A stretch of DNA of 63,753 nucleotides, the filler included. It is 19 parts of 19 records of this genome, joined end to end, with 100 filler letters (N's around TTAATTAATTAA, not from the genome) between each part and the next. Parts side by side here need not be neighbours in the genome. Positions count along the whole stretch, not along the records: positions 48,105 to 52,092 come from SRR11831580_6806; positions 52,193 to 54,465 come from SRR11831580_6807; positions 54,566 to 59,300 come from SRR11831580_6816; 16 more parts are not named here. The stretch is one strand, 5' to 3'. Below are positions 48,749-59,400 of the stretch, piece by piece (positions within the stretch are counted from its first letter, which is position 1; the number at the start of each line of letters is the position of its first letter). A program made the position numbers and the translations under genes. Below the pieces are notes generated by a model. It was given only the letters and a program-made list of their open reading frames with translations, searched no databases and was not told where the DNA came from.

Positions 48749-49845
48749 TTACAACGTCGGGTAATCGGTATAGCCTTCCGCGCCGCCACCGTAGAAACTT
48801 TCGGCACGCTGTGGGTTAAGCTCAGCTTTGCGCTGCAAGCGGGCGACCAGATCCGGGTTCGCAATCCAGTCACGACCAAATGCCACCGCATCAATTAACC
48901 CTTTGCCGATCAGCGTTTCAGCTTTTTCTACTGTGTATGCACCTGCGCCGATAATCGGACCGTGGAAACGGGCGCGTACTTTTTCGCGGAACGCATCAGT
49001 ATACGGTTCACCCCCGCCCAATCTGGTTCTGACATATGCAGATAAGCAATGCCGCGTTTACCCAGTTGTTCAATCAGATACAGTGCATCGGCTTCTTCAT
49101 TCGGGCCGTTATCTGTGTTCTGGAAAGTACCGATTGGTGAAACGCGAATGCCAATGCGATCGGCACCCCATTCTTCAATCCCGGCATCGACCACTTCCAG
49201 TACCAAACGTGCGCGATTTTCCACGCTGCCGCCGTACTGATCGGTACGATGGTTTGAAGAAGGAGAAAGGAACTGATGCAGCAAATAACCGTGAGCAGAG
49301 TGGAGCTCTACCAGATCAAAACCGGCTTCACGCGCGTTAGCAATGGCCTGACGGAAATCATTGACGATACCTGGAATCTCTTCCAGTTCAAGCGCACGCG
49401 GCATGGATGTTTCAACACGGATCGCCTGACCATTTTCATCGCGCAGAGAAGTACGTGTTCCCGCGCTAAGTGCTGAAGGCGCTACCGGTGCCTGACCGCC
49501 AGGTTGCAGGCTGGCGTGAGAAATGCGTCCGGTGTGCCACAGCTGCACGGCCATATGACCATTTTCAGCATGAACGCCAGCGGTGATTTTTTTCCATGCG
49601 GCAATTTGCTCCGGACTATGGATGCCAGGCGCACCTGCATATCCTTTTGCCTGGGCAGAAATTTGCGTGGCTTCACTAATAATCAAACCGGCACTGGCAC
49701 GTTGGCGATAGTATTCCGCCATCAACGGGGTAGGAATGTCACCCGGTTCAATACTGCGCAGACGCGTCAGCGGTGCCATAAAAATACGGTTTGCCGCCGT
49801 GATCGCGCCCACTTTCAGTGGGGAATACAGTTTTTCAGATGACAT
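48749..49845 (-). CDS. nemA: N-ethylmaleimide reductase with 1-nt G-run frameshift at ~49011-49015
   Basis: Old yellow enzyme motifs APLTR and HSAHGYL; two ORFs join. Confidence 0.95.
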
Positions 49846-49881
49846 AAAGGCTCCCGGTCGTCTGGTGATAAAAAATGCCTG

Positions 49882-50481
49882 CTAAACGGCAGGCGTCGCA
49901 ATAATGTTTTTTACATGGGCCAGCGCGTTTTCCAGTGGCTCGAAACTGCGCGAAATTTTGGCCTGCAGATTCGCGCCAAGCCACAGTGCGTAAAGCACTT
50001 GTGCCTGTTGCAGCGGTTCGCCACAAAAGGTTAAACAATGGTTCTCACGGCCATTTTCCAGCGCCTGAGAGAGCAGGGCGATCACGCCGCGAGCACCTTT
50101 ATCCATCGCGCTGCGCATATCTTCTGACAGATCGCACACTTCGGCAGAGAGTTTTACTGTCAGGCAACCACTGATGGTTCCATGTTGGCAAAACTGGTTC
50201 AGTGTTTGCTGGTAATAAGCCAGTATGCGGTCGCGGTAGTTACCTTCGCCGGATTGCAGCAACTCAGTCAGTCGCTGGTGATATGCGGCGTAATGACGCT
50301 CAAGCATGGCAACGCCAAACGCTTCTTTAGAGCGAAAGTAGTGATAGAAGGACCCTTTCGGCACTTCAGCGGTTTTTAGTAATTCGCTTAGCCCCATCCC
50401 GGTGAATCCACGTTGCAGGCAAAGTTGCTCGCCCGTCGCCAGGAGATGTTCGCGAGTATCATGTTCGGTGTGTTTGTTCAT
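49882..50481 (-). CDS. nemR: TetR-family repressor
   Basis: 199 aa, VPKGSFYHYF. Confidence 0.95.
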   Translation of the reverse strand: MNKHTEHDTREHLLATGEQLCLQRGFTGMGLSELLKTAEVPKGSFYHYFRSKEAFGVAMLERHYAAYHQRLTELLQSGEGNYRDRILAYYQQTLNQFCQHGTISGCLTVKLSAEVCDLSEDMRSAMDKGARGVIALLSQALENGRENHCLTFCGEPLQQAQVLYALWLGANLQAKISRSFEPLENALAHVKNIIATPAV

Positions 50482-50583
50482 GCGTTGGAGTGTAGTAGAC
50501 CAGTCGGTCTAGTGCAAGCAAAGTTGCTACTTTGGACATTAACAGCTTCAATAATGGTAATAATCTTATCTGAGGAGGGCGAA

Positions 50584-50823
50584 GTGGCGGAGCAATTAGA
50601 GTTCTTTCCCGTCCAGAGCCCGTGCCGGGGAATTTGCCAGTCTGACGAACGCGGGTTTTGTCGCGGCTGTTTTCGTAGTCGTGATGAGCGTTTTAACTGG
50701 AATAAAATGAGCGATGGCGAAAAACAAGAGGTGCTGCGCCTTTGTCGGCAGCGATTAATGCGCAAATTACGCGCAAATAAGCCAGCGTCATCAGACGAAC
50801 CGGAGCAACCATCACTCTTTTGA
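50584..50823 (+). CDS. ydhL: DUF1289 small Cys-rich protein
   Basis: SPCRGIC...CRGCFR; GTG start after GGAGG. Confidence 0.85.
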   Translation: MAEQLEFFPVQSPCRGICQSDERGFCRGCFRSRDERFNWNKMSDGEKQEVLRLCRQRLMRKLRANKPASSDEPEQPSLF

Positions 50824-50871
50824 ACCTAATCTTGCGTATACTCCTCTCATATCTGATAAGAGGAAGCGATT

Positions 50872-51768
50872 ATGGTTCAGCGTATTACTATTGCGCCGCA
50901 AGGCCCGGAGTTTTCCCGTTTTGTGATGGGCTACTGGCGATTGATGGACTGGAATATGTCCGCCCGCCAGCTGGTCAGTTTTATTGAAGAGCATCTGGAT
51001 CTCGGCGTGACCACCGTGGACCATGCTGATATTTATGGTGGCTATCAGTGCGAAGCGGCGTTTGGCGAGGCACTGAAACTGGCACCTCACCTGCGTGAAC
51101 GGATGGAAATCGTCAGTAAATGCGGTATCGCGACGACCGCGCGTGAAGAAAACGTCATTGGTCATTACATCACTGACCGCGATCACATCATTAAGAGCGC
51201 CGAACAGTCGCTAATTAATCTCGCGACCGATCATCTGGATTTGCTGTTAATCCACCGACCAGACCCGTTAATGGATGCCGATGAAGTGGCGGACGCGTTC
51301 AAACATCTGCATCAGAGCGGCAAAGTGCGTCATTTTGGCGTATCGAACTTTACGCCTGCGCAATTTGCCCTGTTGCAATCACGTCTGCCGTTTACCCTTG
51401 CCACTAATCAGGTGGAAATATCCCCGGTGCATCAGCCGTTACTGCTGGATGGCACGCTCGACCAACTACAACAACTGCGTGTTCGTCCGATGGCGTGGTC
51501 CTGCCTTGGTGGTGGTCGTCTGTTTAATGATGATTATTTCCAGCCGCTGCGTGATGAACTGGCTGTGGTGGCAGAGGAGTTAAACGCGGGCTCGATTGAA
51601 CAGGTGGTTTACGCCTGGGTATTACGTTTACCATCGCAGCCGCTGCCAATTATCGGTTCAGGTAAAATTGAGCGCGTACGGGCAGCTGTCGAAGCAGAAA
51701 CACTGAAAATGACCCGTCAACAATGGTTTCGTATCCGTAAAGCGGCACTGGGGTACGACGTACCGTAA
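50872..51768 (+). CDS. ydhF: Aldo-keto reductase
   Basis: DHADIYG, LLIHRPD, GVSNF. Confidence 0.93.
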   Translation: MVQRITIAPQGPEFSRFVMGYWRLMDWNMSARQLVSFIEEHLDLGVTTVDHADIYGGYQCEAAFGEALKLAPHLRERMEIVSKCGIATTAREENVIGHYITDRDHIIKSAEQSLINLATDHLDLLLIHRPDPLMDADEVADAFKHLHQSGKVRHFGVSNFTPAQFALLQSRLPFTLATNQVEISPVHQPLLLDGTLDQLQQLRVRPMAWSCLGGGRLFNDDYFQPLRDELAVVAEELNAGSIEQVVYAWVLRLPSQPLPIIGSGKIERVRAAVEAETLKMTRQQWFRIRKAALGYDVP

Positions 51769-51848
51769 GCACTTTTAGGAATAGCCGCCGTTCAAAAATG
51801 TGTCACTGGTTTACACTTATTCAGGAATGCACAATGAACGGAGGTCCT

Positions 51849-52092
51849 ATGAAACGTTTTAGTCTGGCTATTCTGGCGCTGGTTGTTGCAACCGGCGCAC
51901 AAGCTGCCAGTGAAAAAGTCGAGATGAACCTCGTCACGTCGCAAGGGGTAGGGCAGTCAATTGGTAGCGTCACCATTACTGAAACCGATAAAGGTCTGGA
52001 GTTTTCGCCCGATCTGAAAGCATTACCCCCCGGTGAACATGGCTTCCATATTCATGCCAAAGGAAGCTGCCAGCCAGCCACCAAAGATGGCA
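51849..52092 (+). CDS. sodC: Cu/Zn superoxide dismutase, 3'-partial
   Basis: Signal peptide and HGFHIH. Confidence 0.95.
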
Positions 52093-52225
52093 NNNNNNNN
52101 NNNNNNNNNNNNNNNNNNNNNNNNNNNNNNNNNNNNTTAATTAATTAANNNNNNNNNNNNNNNNNNNNNNNNNNNNNNNNNNNNNNNNNNNNCCTACACA
52201 AGCACTCACCCTTCTTCCCCTGCAG

Positions 52226-54278
52226 CGACCGTCGCGGTATGCCTGAGGAACCGCTCAAGCACGAGGACGAACGCGGCACAGAACGCACCGAACTGATGCA
52301 CTTTGCACGCCTGCCCTTCCCCACGCTGCAGCGGGGTCGTCTCTCCCTCAGCGCACAGGCCGTTGCAGGAGGCGCCCCGACCAATGACAGGGTGTTTTCG
52401 GAGGAGCTGAGTGTGCACGAGTTTGTGAGTGTGTTCACAGAGGCGCTGCACACGGAATCGCGCATTCGCACCTCGTATGTTTGTTGTTGTAGTGGTGGTG
52501 GTATTTCGGTGGGGCGTGTTGCGATGCACAGTTATGTATTCACGTGTGTGTTTCTCTCGCTTTCCCGTGTGGTGTCGTACGATGTCGGTCCTCTCTGGTG
52601 TTGACGTGATTGCGGCAGGTACGTCCCGGAGGAGGACTCACTGCTTGTGGGTCTGACAACCAATGTTCCCAAGTCCAGACGCCGTGTCCGACGCATGGAT
52701 ATCGATGTATGTCTCGTGTATATGTAGATAGTGATATTCACATGTGTCGTACAAGTTTGTTGCTGTGTGTCAGCCGTGCGTGTGCGTATGTTCTTCTTCT
52801 TGCGGTCTCATCACCCGTCCGTAACAGGTACCCGTGGATCGAGGCTTTGCTAGTTGGCGTGAGGAACACGGCCCCACCGTGTCTGAGTATGTCGCAAAGG
52901 AGATTAAAGCAGCTACCCCGGCACCACATCCTCCCGCGTCCGTGTCAGCACCGCCGGAAGAGCAGAAGAAACCGGAGGGGAAACCAGGGTACGCAGGGAT
53001 CGCATGATTGCTGCTGTGTGTGGAGTGTTATCGAGATGTCTGTGTGCGGTAGCTGTGGGGACGTGTAGTGCAGATCTCAACGAGCCGGTGCTTGTGTATG
53101 TGTACAGGGCCAAGCCTAAGGAGGCGCCCGCACCGGCTCCGGTGGTGGAAACCAAACCTGTTGCACCGCCCCCGCCTCCTCCCAGTCAGACAGCGCAGCA
53201 GCTGCCTCAAGCGCCGCCGTATATGTACAAATCGAGATCGACGCTGCCTGATGTGAAGCAGCGTGTGTTGTTCCCCTTTGATGGTGCCGTTGTGCGCACG
53301 TTCAACACGGAGGAGGGTATGCGTGCTGTGGATTATCTCTGTCTCCGCGCACCCACATGTCGTTGTAAACAGGCAGAATCTGTTTGTGCGCATAGGATCG
53401 TTGCTTGGTCACATAGGCGTATCTGCGTGTTGGTGTTGTGTTGGCGGTCACTTCGAACGCGATAGTATACGTAATAATCATCTGTGTGTGCAGGTGTGCG
53501 TGCTGTTGTGGCTGTGGACAGCCTTACCTTTGGACTGCGCTCTGTCTCTGGAGGCGAACACGTGTTTAGTGTTTCGTTTATGGATAACGCAGCGGGCCAG
53601 TGTGTGTCTGAGGTGGAGCGTGTCGACAGTGCCTTGCGTGCTCTGGTGTCGTTGCCCTCCGGTCTGACTGTGGAGGTACGCAATCATTTTATGTGTGTGT
53701 GTGTCTTTACGCTAAGTGTCAGATGTGACTTCGGGTGCGTGCATGCATGTGCGTTCTCTGCGTTTTCGTCCTCGTGCTTGGTTCCTCGCTCCCTTCCTTC
53801 GGAGCTGCTTCGTATTATTGTTGCTGTACTCTTGTCGTTCGATCTTATCTGATGGAAAATCATTCAGAACTCCTCTGCTGGTTACGTGCAAATGTCCTAC
53901 TGTGACGCCCATGCACGTGCGGAGGCGGGGCCTGCTCCTCGTGTTGAGCGTGTCAGACGCATCCTGCCCAAGGTACGCGTTCGCGTCATGTGGTGTGCTG
54001 CTGTATTTGTTATGTTGCGAGTGTATACTTTATGCACGTTGCCTCGTGCCTTATGTGTGTAGATGTGTATAGATCTGTATGCGCGTGTGTTGTGTTATCC
54101 CCTCGCACACCCCCTGTACATTCCCTGTCATGATTTTAATTCTCCCACGCCCTCTCACACACTGCCTCACCAGGGCACCGTGATCTGTGCGATGGAGGAC
54201 GGGTCCACACACGTGCTGTGTGCGAACGGGAACGTGGCGATCCTGCGAGATGGCCTGTGGACGGTTACCAGCAATGAT
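52226..54278 (+). CDS. Eukaryotic SPAG17/PF6-like central-pair protein, internal fragment. Exons 52226-52474, 52619-52706, 52828-52988, 53108-53316, 53494-53675, 53868-53972, 54174-54278
   Basis: Seven phase-consistent GT-AG exons; blocks YVPEEDSLLV, LFPFDGAVVR, LPSGLTVE and RRILPKGTVICAMEDGSTHVLCANG..W resemble SPAG17 blocks in the same order (from memory). Confidence 0.65.
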
Positions 54279-54565
54279 GTACGTAATGGATGCGCGTCTG
54301 CTTTCGTGGTGTGTGGGGCCTGGACCACTAGGAGGGGGAGGGTTCCTGAGGAAGGGGAGGTGCCGGTGTGGGCACAGGTAGCATGTGTATCATACGGTTG
54401 ATGAAGCTATGTGGGTTTGCTCGTGAAAAGCGCTTGCCAGGCCCGTGTGTGTCTCTGTTTTTTTTNNNNNNNNNNNNNNNNNNNNNNNNNNNNNNNNNNN
54501 NNNNNNNNNTTAATTAATTAANNNNNNNNNNNNNNNNNNNNNNNNNNNNNNNNNNNNNNNNNNNN

Positions 54566-54924
<359 letters not shown>

Positions 54925-56169
54925 TTAACACAAGCGTTTTTCGATCCAGTCGGTGATTTCCTGAAGACCTTTGTCAAAATTCCGATACACCGGGTTAAAT
55001 GGGATCTCTAATAATTTACCGTCAGCAGATGATGAGGTGATTAAGCGTGAGTCCTCTTCCGGGCTGAACGGATCGTTCTTCCAGTAGCCTGATAACATTG
55101 GCGTTGGGCAGCGACGTCCCAGCAATCCTTGCACTTTTAATGAATAGCGATTCAGCTCCACGCGCAACGCTTCATCGGAAGCATCATGCATCCCCAAACG
55201 ACTGGCCAGAACGTCAAGATACATTTCCGGCACCTGTTGCTGGCACTTAAAATCACTCAACAGGGTATGAACTACCGGACCAAGACAGGCAACCGCTTTC
55301 AGACGCGGCGATTCAAGGTATGCCAGACGCACGGCAACGTTAGCGCCGAAACGGAAACCAAAGGCCGCGACGCGAGTGTGATCCACCCACGGTACGTTAG
55401 GCAGCGCCTTTAAGACGTGCTGATGCAACAGGCTGGAGTCCTGGGTGAGCTTCCATTTTGAAGAAAAGCCCACCGACGGCATATCAATAGTCAGCATCGC
55501 AATGCCGCGCGGCGCAAAATAACGTTCATACAGGCTGTAATAGTCCGTCTGCATCGCATCCAGACCACCACACATTAATACCGTCGGGAACGGGCCATCG
55601 CCTTTCGGCATATGCAAAAAGCCGGTGATGGGCGCACCGCCGGGTACGGTAAACTCCATCTGCCGCATCGTGCCCGGTAGACGCTGAGCGGCCTCTTCAT
55701 AGGCGCGGTTTGACAAAGCCTGCGCTTGCTCGGCCAGGTCATCTCCTTTCAGATGAGGATAGGCGGCAATGTTGTACAACGTAGCCGCATGCAGCCAGTG
55801 ACGACCACTGAGTTGCGGATCGTCTTCCGCACAGGCTTTTTGTTGCCACACCATCGCCTGGGTGGCCCACTCATAAATCCAGTTGCCGCCACGGTAGCCA
55901 ATCACCGTATCGTATAAATCATCGTCGGTACGTTCGGCATCGCTCATCACAATACGTGCCTGGACGTCGAGGATTTCGCGTGGGTCAATGCCGCGCCAGA
56001 TCCACATCAGACGGTTAATCATGCGATACCAGTGAGGGATGGTTTTACCATCAAGGGCCGACTGCACAGGCGGTTGTGCGCCGTGATTAAAGCGGCGGAC
56101 TAGCGTCGAGGTTTCAGGATGTTTAAAGCGGGGTTTGAACAGGGTTTCGCTCAGGTTTGCCTGTGTCAT
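54925..56169 (-). CDS. frsA: Fermentation-respiration switch esterase
   Basis: 414 aa, GFRFG alpha/beta hydrolase. Confidence 0.96.
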
Positions 56170-56260
56170 GGATGCAGCCTCCAGAATACTTACTGGAAAC
56201 TATTGTAACCCGCCTGAAGTTAAAAAGAACAACGCCCGGCAGTGCCAGGCGTTGAAAAGA

Positions 56261-56719
56261 TTAGCGACCGGAGATTGGCGGGACGAATACGACGCCCATA
56301 TCCCACGGCTGTTCAATCCAGGTATCTTGCGGGATATCAACAACATAGTCATCAACCAGCGGACGACCAGCCGGTTTTGCGAAGATGGTGACAAAGTGCG
56401 CTTTTGGATACATTTCACGAATCGCAACCGCAGTACCACCGGTATCCACCAGGTCATCAATAACGATGAAGCCTTCGCCATCGCCTTCTGCGCGTTTCAG
56501 CACTTTAAGCTCGCGCTGGTTGTCGTGATCGTAGCTGGAAATACAAACGGTATCGACATGACGAATACCCAGTTCACGCGCCAGTAACGCACCCGGTACC
56601 AGACCGCCACGGCTTACGGCAATAATGCCTTTCCATTGTTCAGAAGGCATCAGTCGGCTTGCGAGTTTACGTGCATGGATCTGCAACATGTCCCAGGTGA
56701 CGATGTATTTTTCGCTCAT
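56261..56719 (-). CDS. gpt: Xanthine-guanine phosphoribosyltransferase
   Basis: [11 protein letters not shown]. Confidence 0.98.
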
Positions 56720-56979
56720 GTGAAGTGTCCCAGCCTGTTTATCTACGGCTTAAAAAGTGTTCGAGGGGAAAATAGGTTGCGCGAGATTATAGAGATCTGG
56801 CGCACTAAAAACCAGTATTTCACATGAGTCCGCGTCTTTTTACGCACTGCCTCTCCCTGACGCGGGATAAAGTGGTATTCTCAAACATATCTCGCAAGCC
56901 TGTCTTGTGTTGACAACATTTTCTGCTAACCCTGTGACCTGCAATACTGTTTTGCGGGTGATCGACAAGGAGACTTAAC

Positions 56980-58437
56980 GTGTCTGAACTGTCTCAATTA
57001 TCTCCACAGCCGCTGTGGGATATTTTTGCCAAAATCTGTTCTATTCCTCACCCGTCCTATCATGAAGAGCAACTCGCTGAATACATTGTTGGTTGGGCAA
57101 AAGAGAAAGGTTTCCATGTCGAACGCGATCAGGTAGGTAATATCCTGATTCGTAAACCTGCTACCGCAGGTATGGAAAATCGTAAACCGGTCGTCTTACA
57201 GGCCCACCTCGATATGGTGCCGCAGAAAAATAACGACACCGTGCATGACTTCACGAAAGATCCTATCCAGCCTTATATTGATGGCGAATGGGTTAAAGCG
57301 CGCGGCACCACGCTGGGTGCGGATAACGGCATTGGTATGGCCTCTGCGCTGGCGGTTCTGGCTGACGAAAACGTGGTTCACGGCCCGCTGGAAGTGCTGC
57401 TGACCATGACCGAAGAAGCCGGTATGGACGGTGCGTTCGGCTTACAGGGCAACTGGTTGCAGGCTGATATTCTGATTAACACCGACTCCGAAGAAGAAGG
57501 TGAAATCTACATGGGTTGTGCGGGGGGTATCGACTTCACCTCCAACCTGCATTTAGATCGTGAAGCGGTTCCAGCTGGTTTTGAAACCTTCAAGTTAACC
57601 TTAAAAGGTCTGAAAGGCGGTCACTCCGGCGGGGAAATCCACGTTGGGCTGGGTAATGCCAACAAACTGCTGGTGCGCTTCCTGGCGGGTCATGCGGAAG
57701 AACTGGATCTGCGCCTTATCGATTTCAACGGCGGCACACTGCGTAACGCCATCCCGCGTGAAGCCTTTGCGACCATTGCTGTCGCAGCTGATAAAGTCGA
57801 CGTCCTGAAATCTCTGGTGAATACCTATCAGGAGATCCTGAAAAACGAGCTGGCAGAAAAAGAGAAAAATCTGGCCTTGTTGCTGGACTCTGTAGCGAAC
57901 GATAAAGCTGCCCTGATTGCGAAATCTCGCGATACCTTTATTCGTCTGCTGAACGCCACCCCGAACGGTGTGATTCGTAACTCCGATGTAGCCAAAGGTG
58001 TGGTTGAAACCTCCCTGAACGTCGGTGTGGTGACCATGACTGACAATAACGTAGAAATTCACTGCCTGATCCGTTCACTGATCGACAGCGGTAAAGACTA
58101 CGTGGTGAGCATGCTGGATTCGCTGGGTAAACTGGCTGGCGCGAAAACCGAAGCGAAAGGCGCATATCCTGGCTGGCAGCCGGACGCTAATTCTCCGGTG
58201 ATGCATCTGGTACGTGAAACCTATCAGCGCCTGTTCAACAAGACGCCGAACATCCAGATTATCCACGCGGGCCTGGAATGTGGTCTGTTCAAAAAACCGT
58301 ATCCGGAAATGGACATGGTTTCTATCGGGCCAACTATCACCGGTCCACACTCTCCGGATGAGCAAGTTCACATCGAAAGCGTAGGTCATTACTGGACACT
58401 GCTGACTGAACTGCTGAAAGAAATTCCGGCGAAGTAA
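56980..58437 (+). CDS. pepD: Peptidase D
   Basis: QAHLDMV, GADNGIG, TEEAGM. Confidence 0.97.
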   Translation: MSELSQLSPQPLWDIFAKICSIPHPSYHEEQLAEYIVGWAKEKGFHVERDQVGNILIRKPATAGMENRKPVVLQAHLDMVPQKNNDTVHDFTKDPIQPYIDGEWVKARGTTLGADNGIGMASALAVLADENVVHGPLEVLLTMTEEAGMDGAFGLQGNWLQADILINTDSEEEGEIYMGCAGGIDFTSNLHLDREAVPAGFETFKLTLKGLKGGHSGGEIHVGLGNANKLLVRFLAGHAEELDLRLIDFNGGTLRNAIPREAFATIAVAADKVDVLKSLVNTYQEILKNELAEKEKNLALLLDSVANDKAALIAKSRDTFIRLLNATPNGVIRNSDVAKGVVETSLNVGVVTMTDNNVEIHCLIRSLIDSGKDYVVSMLDSLGKLAGAKTEAKGAYPGWQPDANSPVMHLVRETYQRLFNKTPNIQIIHAGLECGLFKKPYPEMDMVSIGPTITGPHSPDEQVHIESVGHYWTLLTELLKEIPAK

Positions 58438-58493
58438 TTATTTGATTTGCTGCCGGATGGCGTTTAATCGCCTTCCGGCAGTTTCATCCTTCA

Positions 58494-58994
58494 TTATCCT
58501 TCGATAAAAGCCATCCCTGTAAATGTCCGTCGCGGGTTGCCACGTTCAATCTGGTGATGGAACATTCGCCGCTGCGATTTCAGCGCCGCGCTATTTTCCT
58601 GTTGCTGTTGCTCCAGCTTCCAGGCAATCAGCAATCGTGCCAGCCGCTTGTTAGCATGCTGACTACGCTCTGACTGAACCTTCACGCTAATACCGGATGC
58701 CAAATGCGTGGCGCGTACCGCCGAGTCGGTTTTATTGACATGTTGACCGCCCGGCCCCGACGAACGCAGCGTCTCATAACGGATTGCATCCGATTGTTCC
58801 TGCTCATCAGCGGTAAAACGCCCAATGCCCAGAAACCAGTTTTTGCGCCCATGATGAGGCCGATACGGACTCGGACAAATCCACTGAATAGTGCCACACC
58901 AGCTTTCGCTTAATGCCCATGCGTTATCGCCATCGAGAGAAACCAGCGCCGAACGCAGTGTGTCAGAGTAGCGGCCCGTTTCTGTTTCCAGCAC
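58494..58994 (-). pseudogene. prfH: Peptide chain release factor homolog, N-terminally deleted
   Basis: [15 protein letters not shown]; no proper N-terminus. Confidence 0.85.
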
Positions 58995-59229
58995 CGTTAC
59001 CGCGACGTCTTGCCGGGTAAAAACGACCAACAGAGAAGAACGCTGCGCCAATCGGGTAGCCGCGTCCGGGGTGTAAATCTGGCATCCCCACTACGCGCTG
59101 CATGTTGGGTAAATTTGCCGTGGTGTGTAATTGTTGGATCGCTAAACTCTCGATCCACAGGTCATCAGATGCGATGGTAAATACCGCATCGGATAAGGGA
59201 CGAATATATTTGCCCATGTACCATTCCAT
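58963..59229 (-). pseudogene. ykfJ: Truncated RtcB2-like RNA ligase remnant
   Basis: [13 protein letters not shown] RtcB motif, then runs out of frame into prfH. Confidence 0.85.
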
Positions 59230-59230
59230 T

Positions 59231-59300
59231 TATACTCGTCATACTTCAAGTTGCATGTACTGCGACTGCGTTCGTTCACCCCAGTCACTTACTTATGTAA
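59231..59300. repeat. ERIC/IRU element, partial at contig end
   Basis: TATACTCGTCATACTTCAAGTTGCA...CACCCCAGTCACTTACTTATGTAA. Confidence 0.8.
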
Positions 59301-59400
59301 NNNNNNNNNNNNNNNNNNNNNNNNNNNNNNNNNNNNNNNNNNNNTTAATTAATTAANNNNNNNNNNNNNNNNNNNNNNNNNNNNNNNNNNNNNNNNNNNN

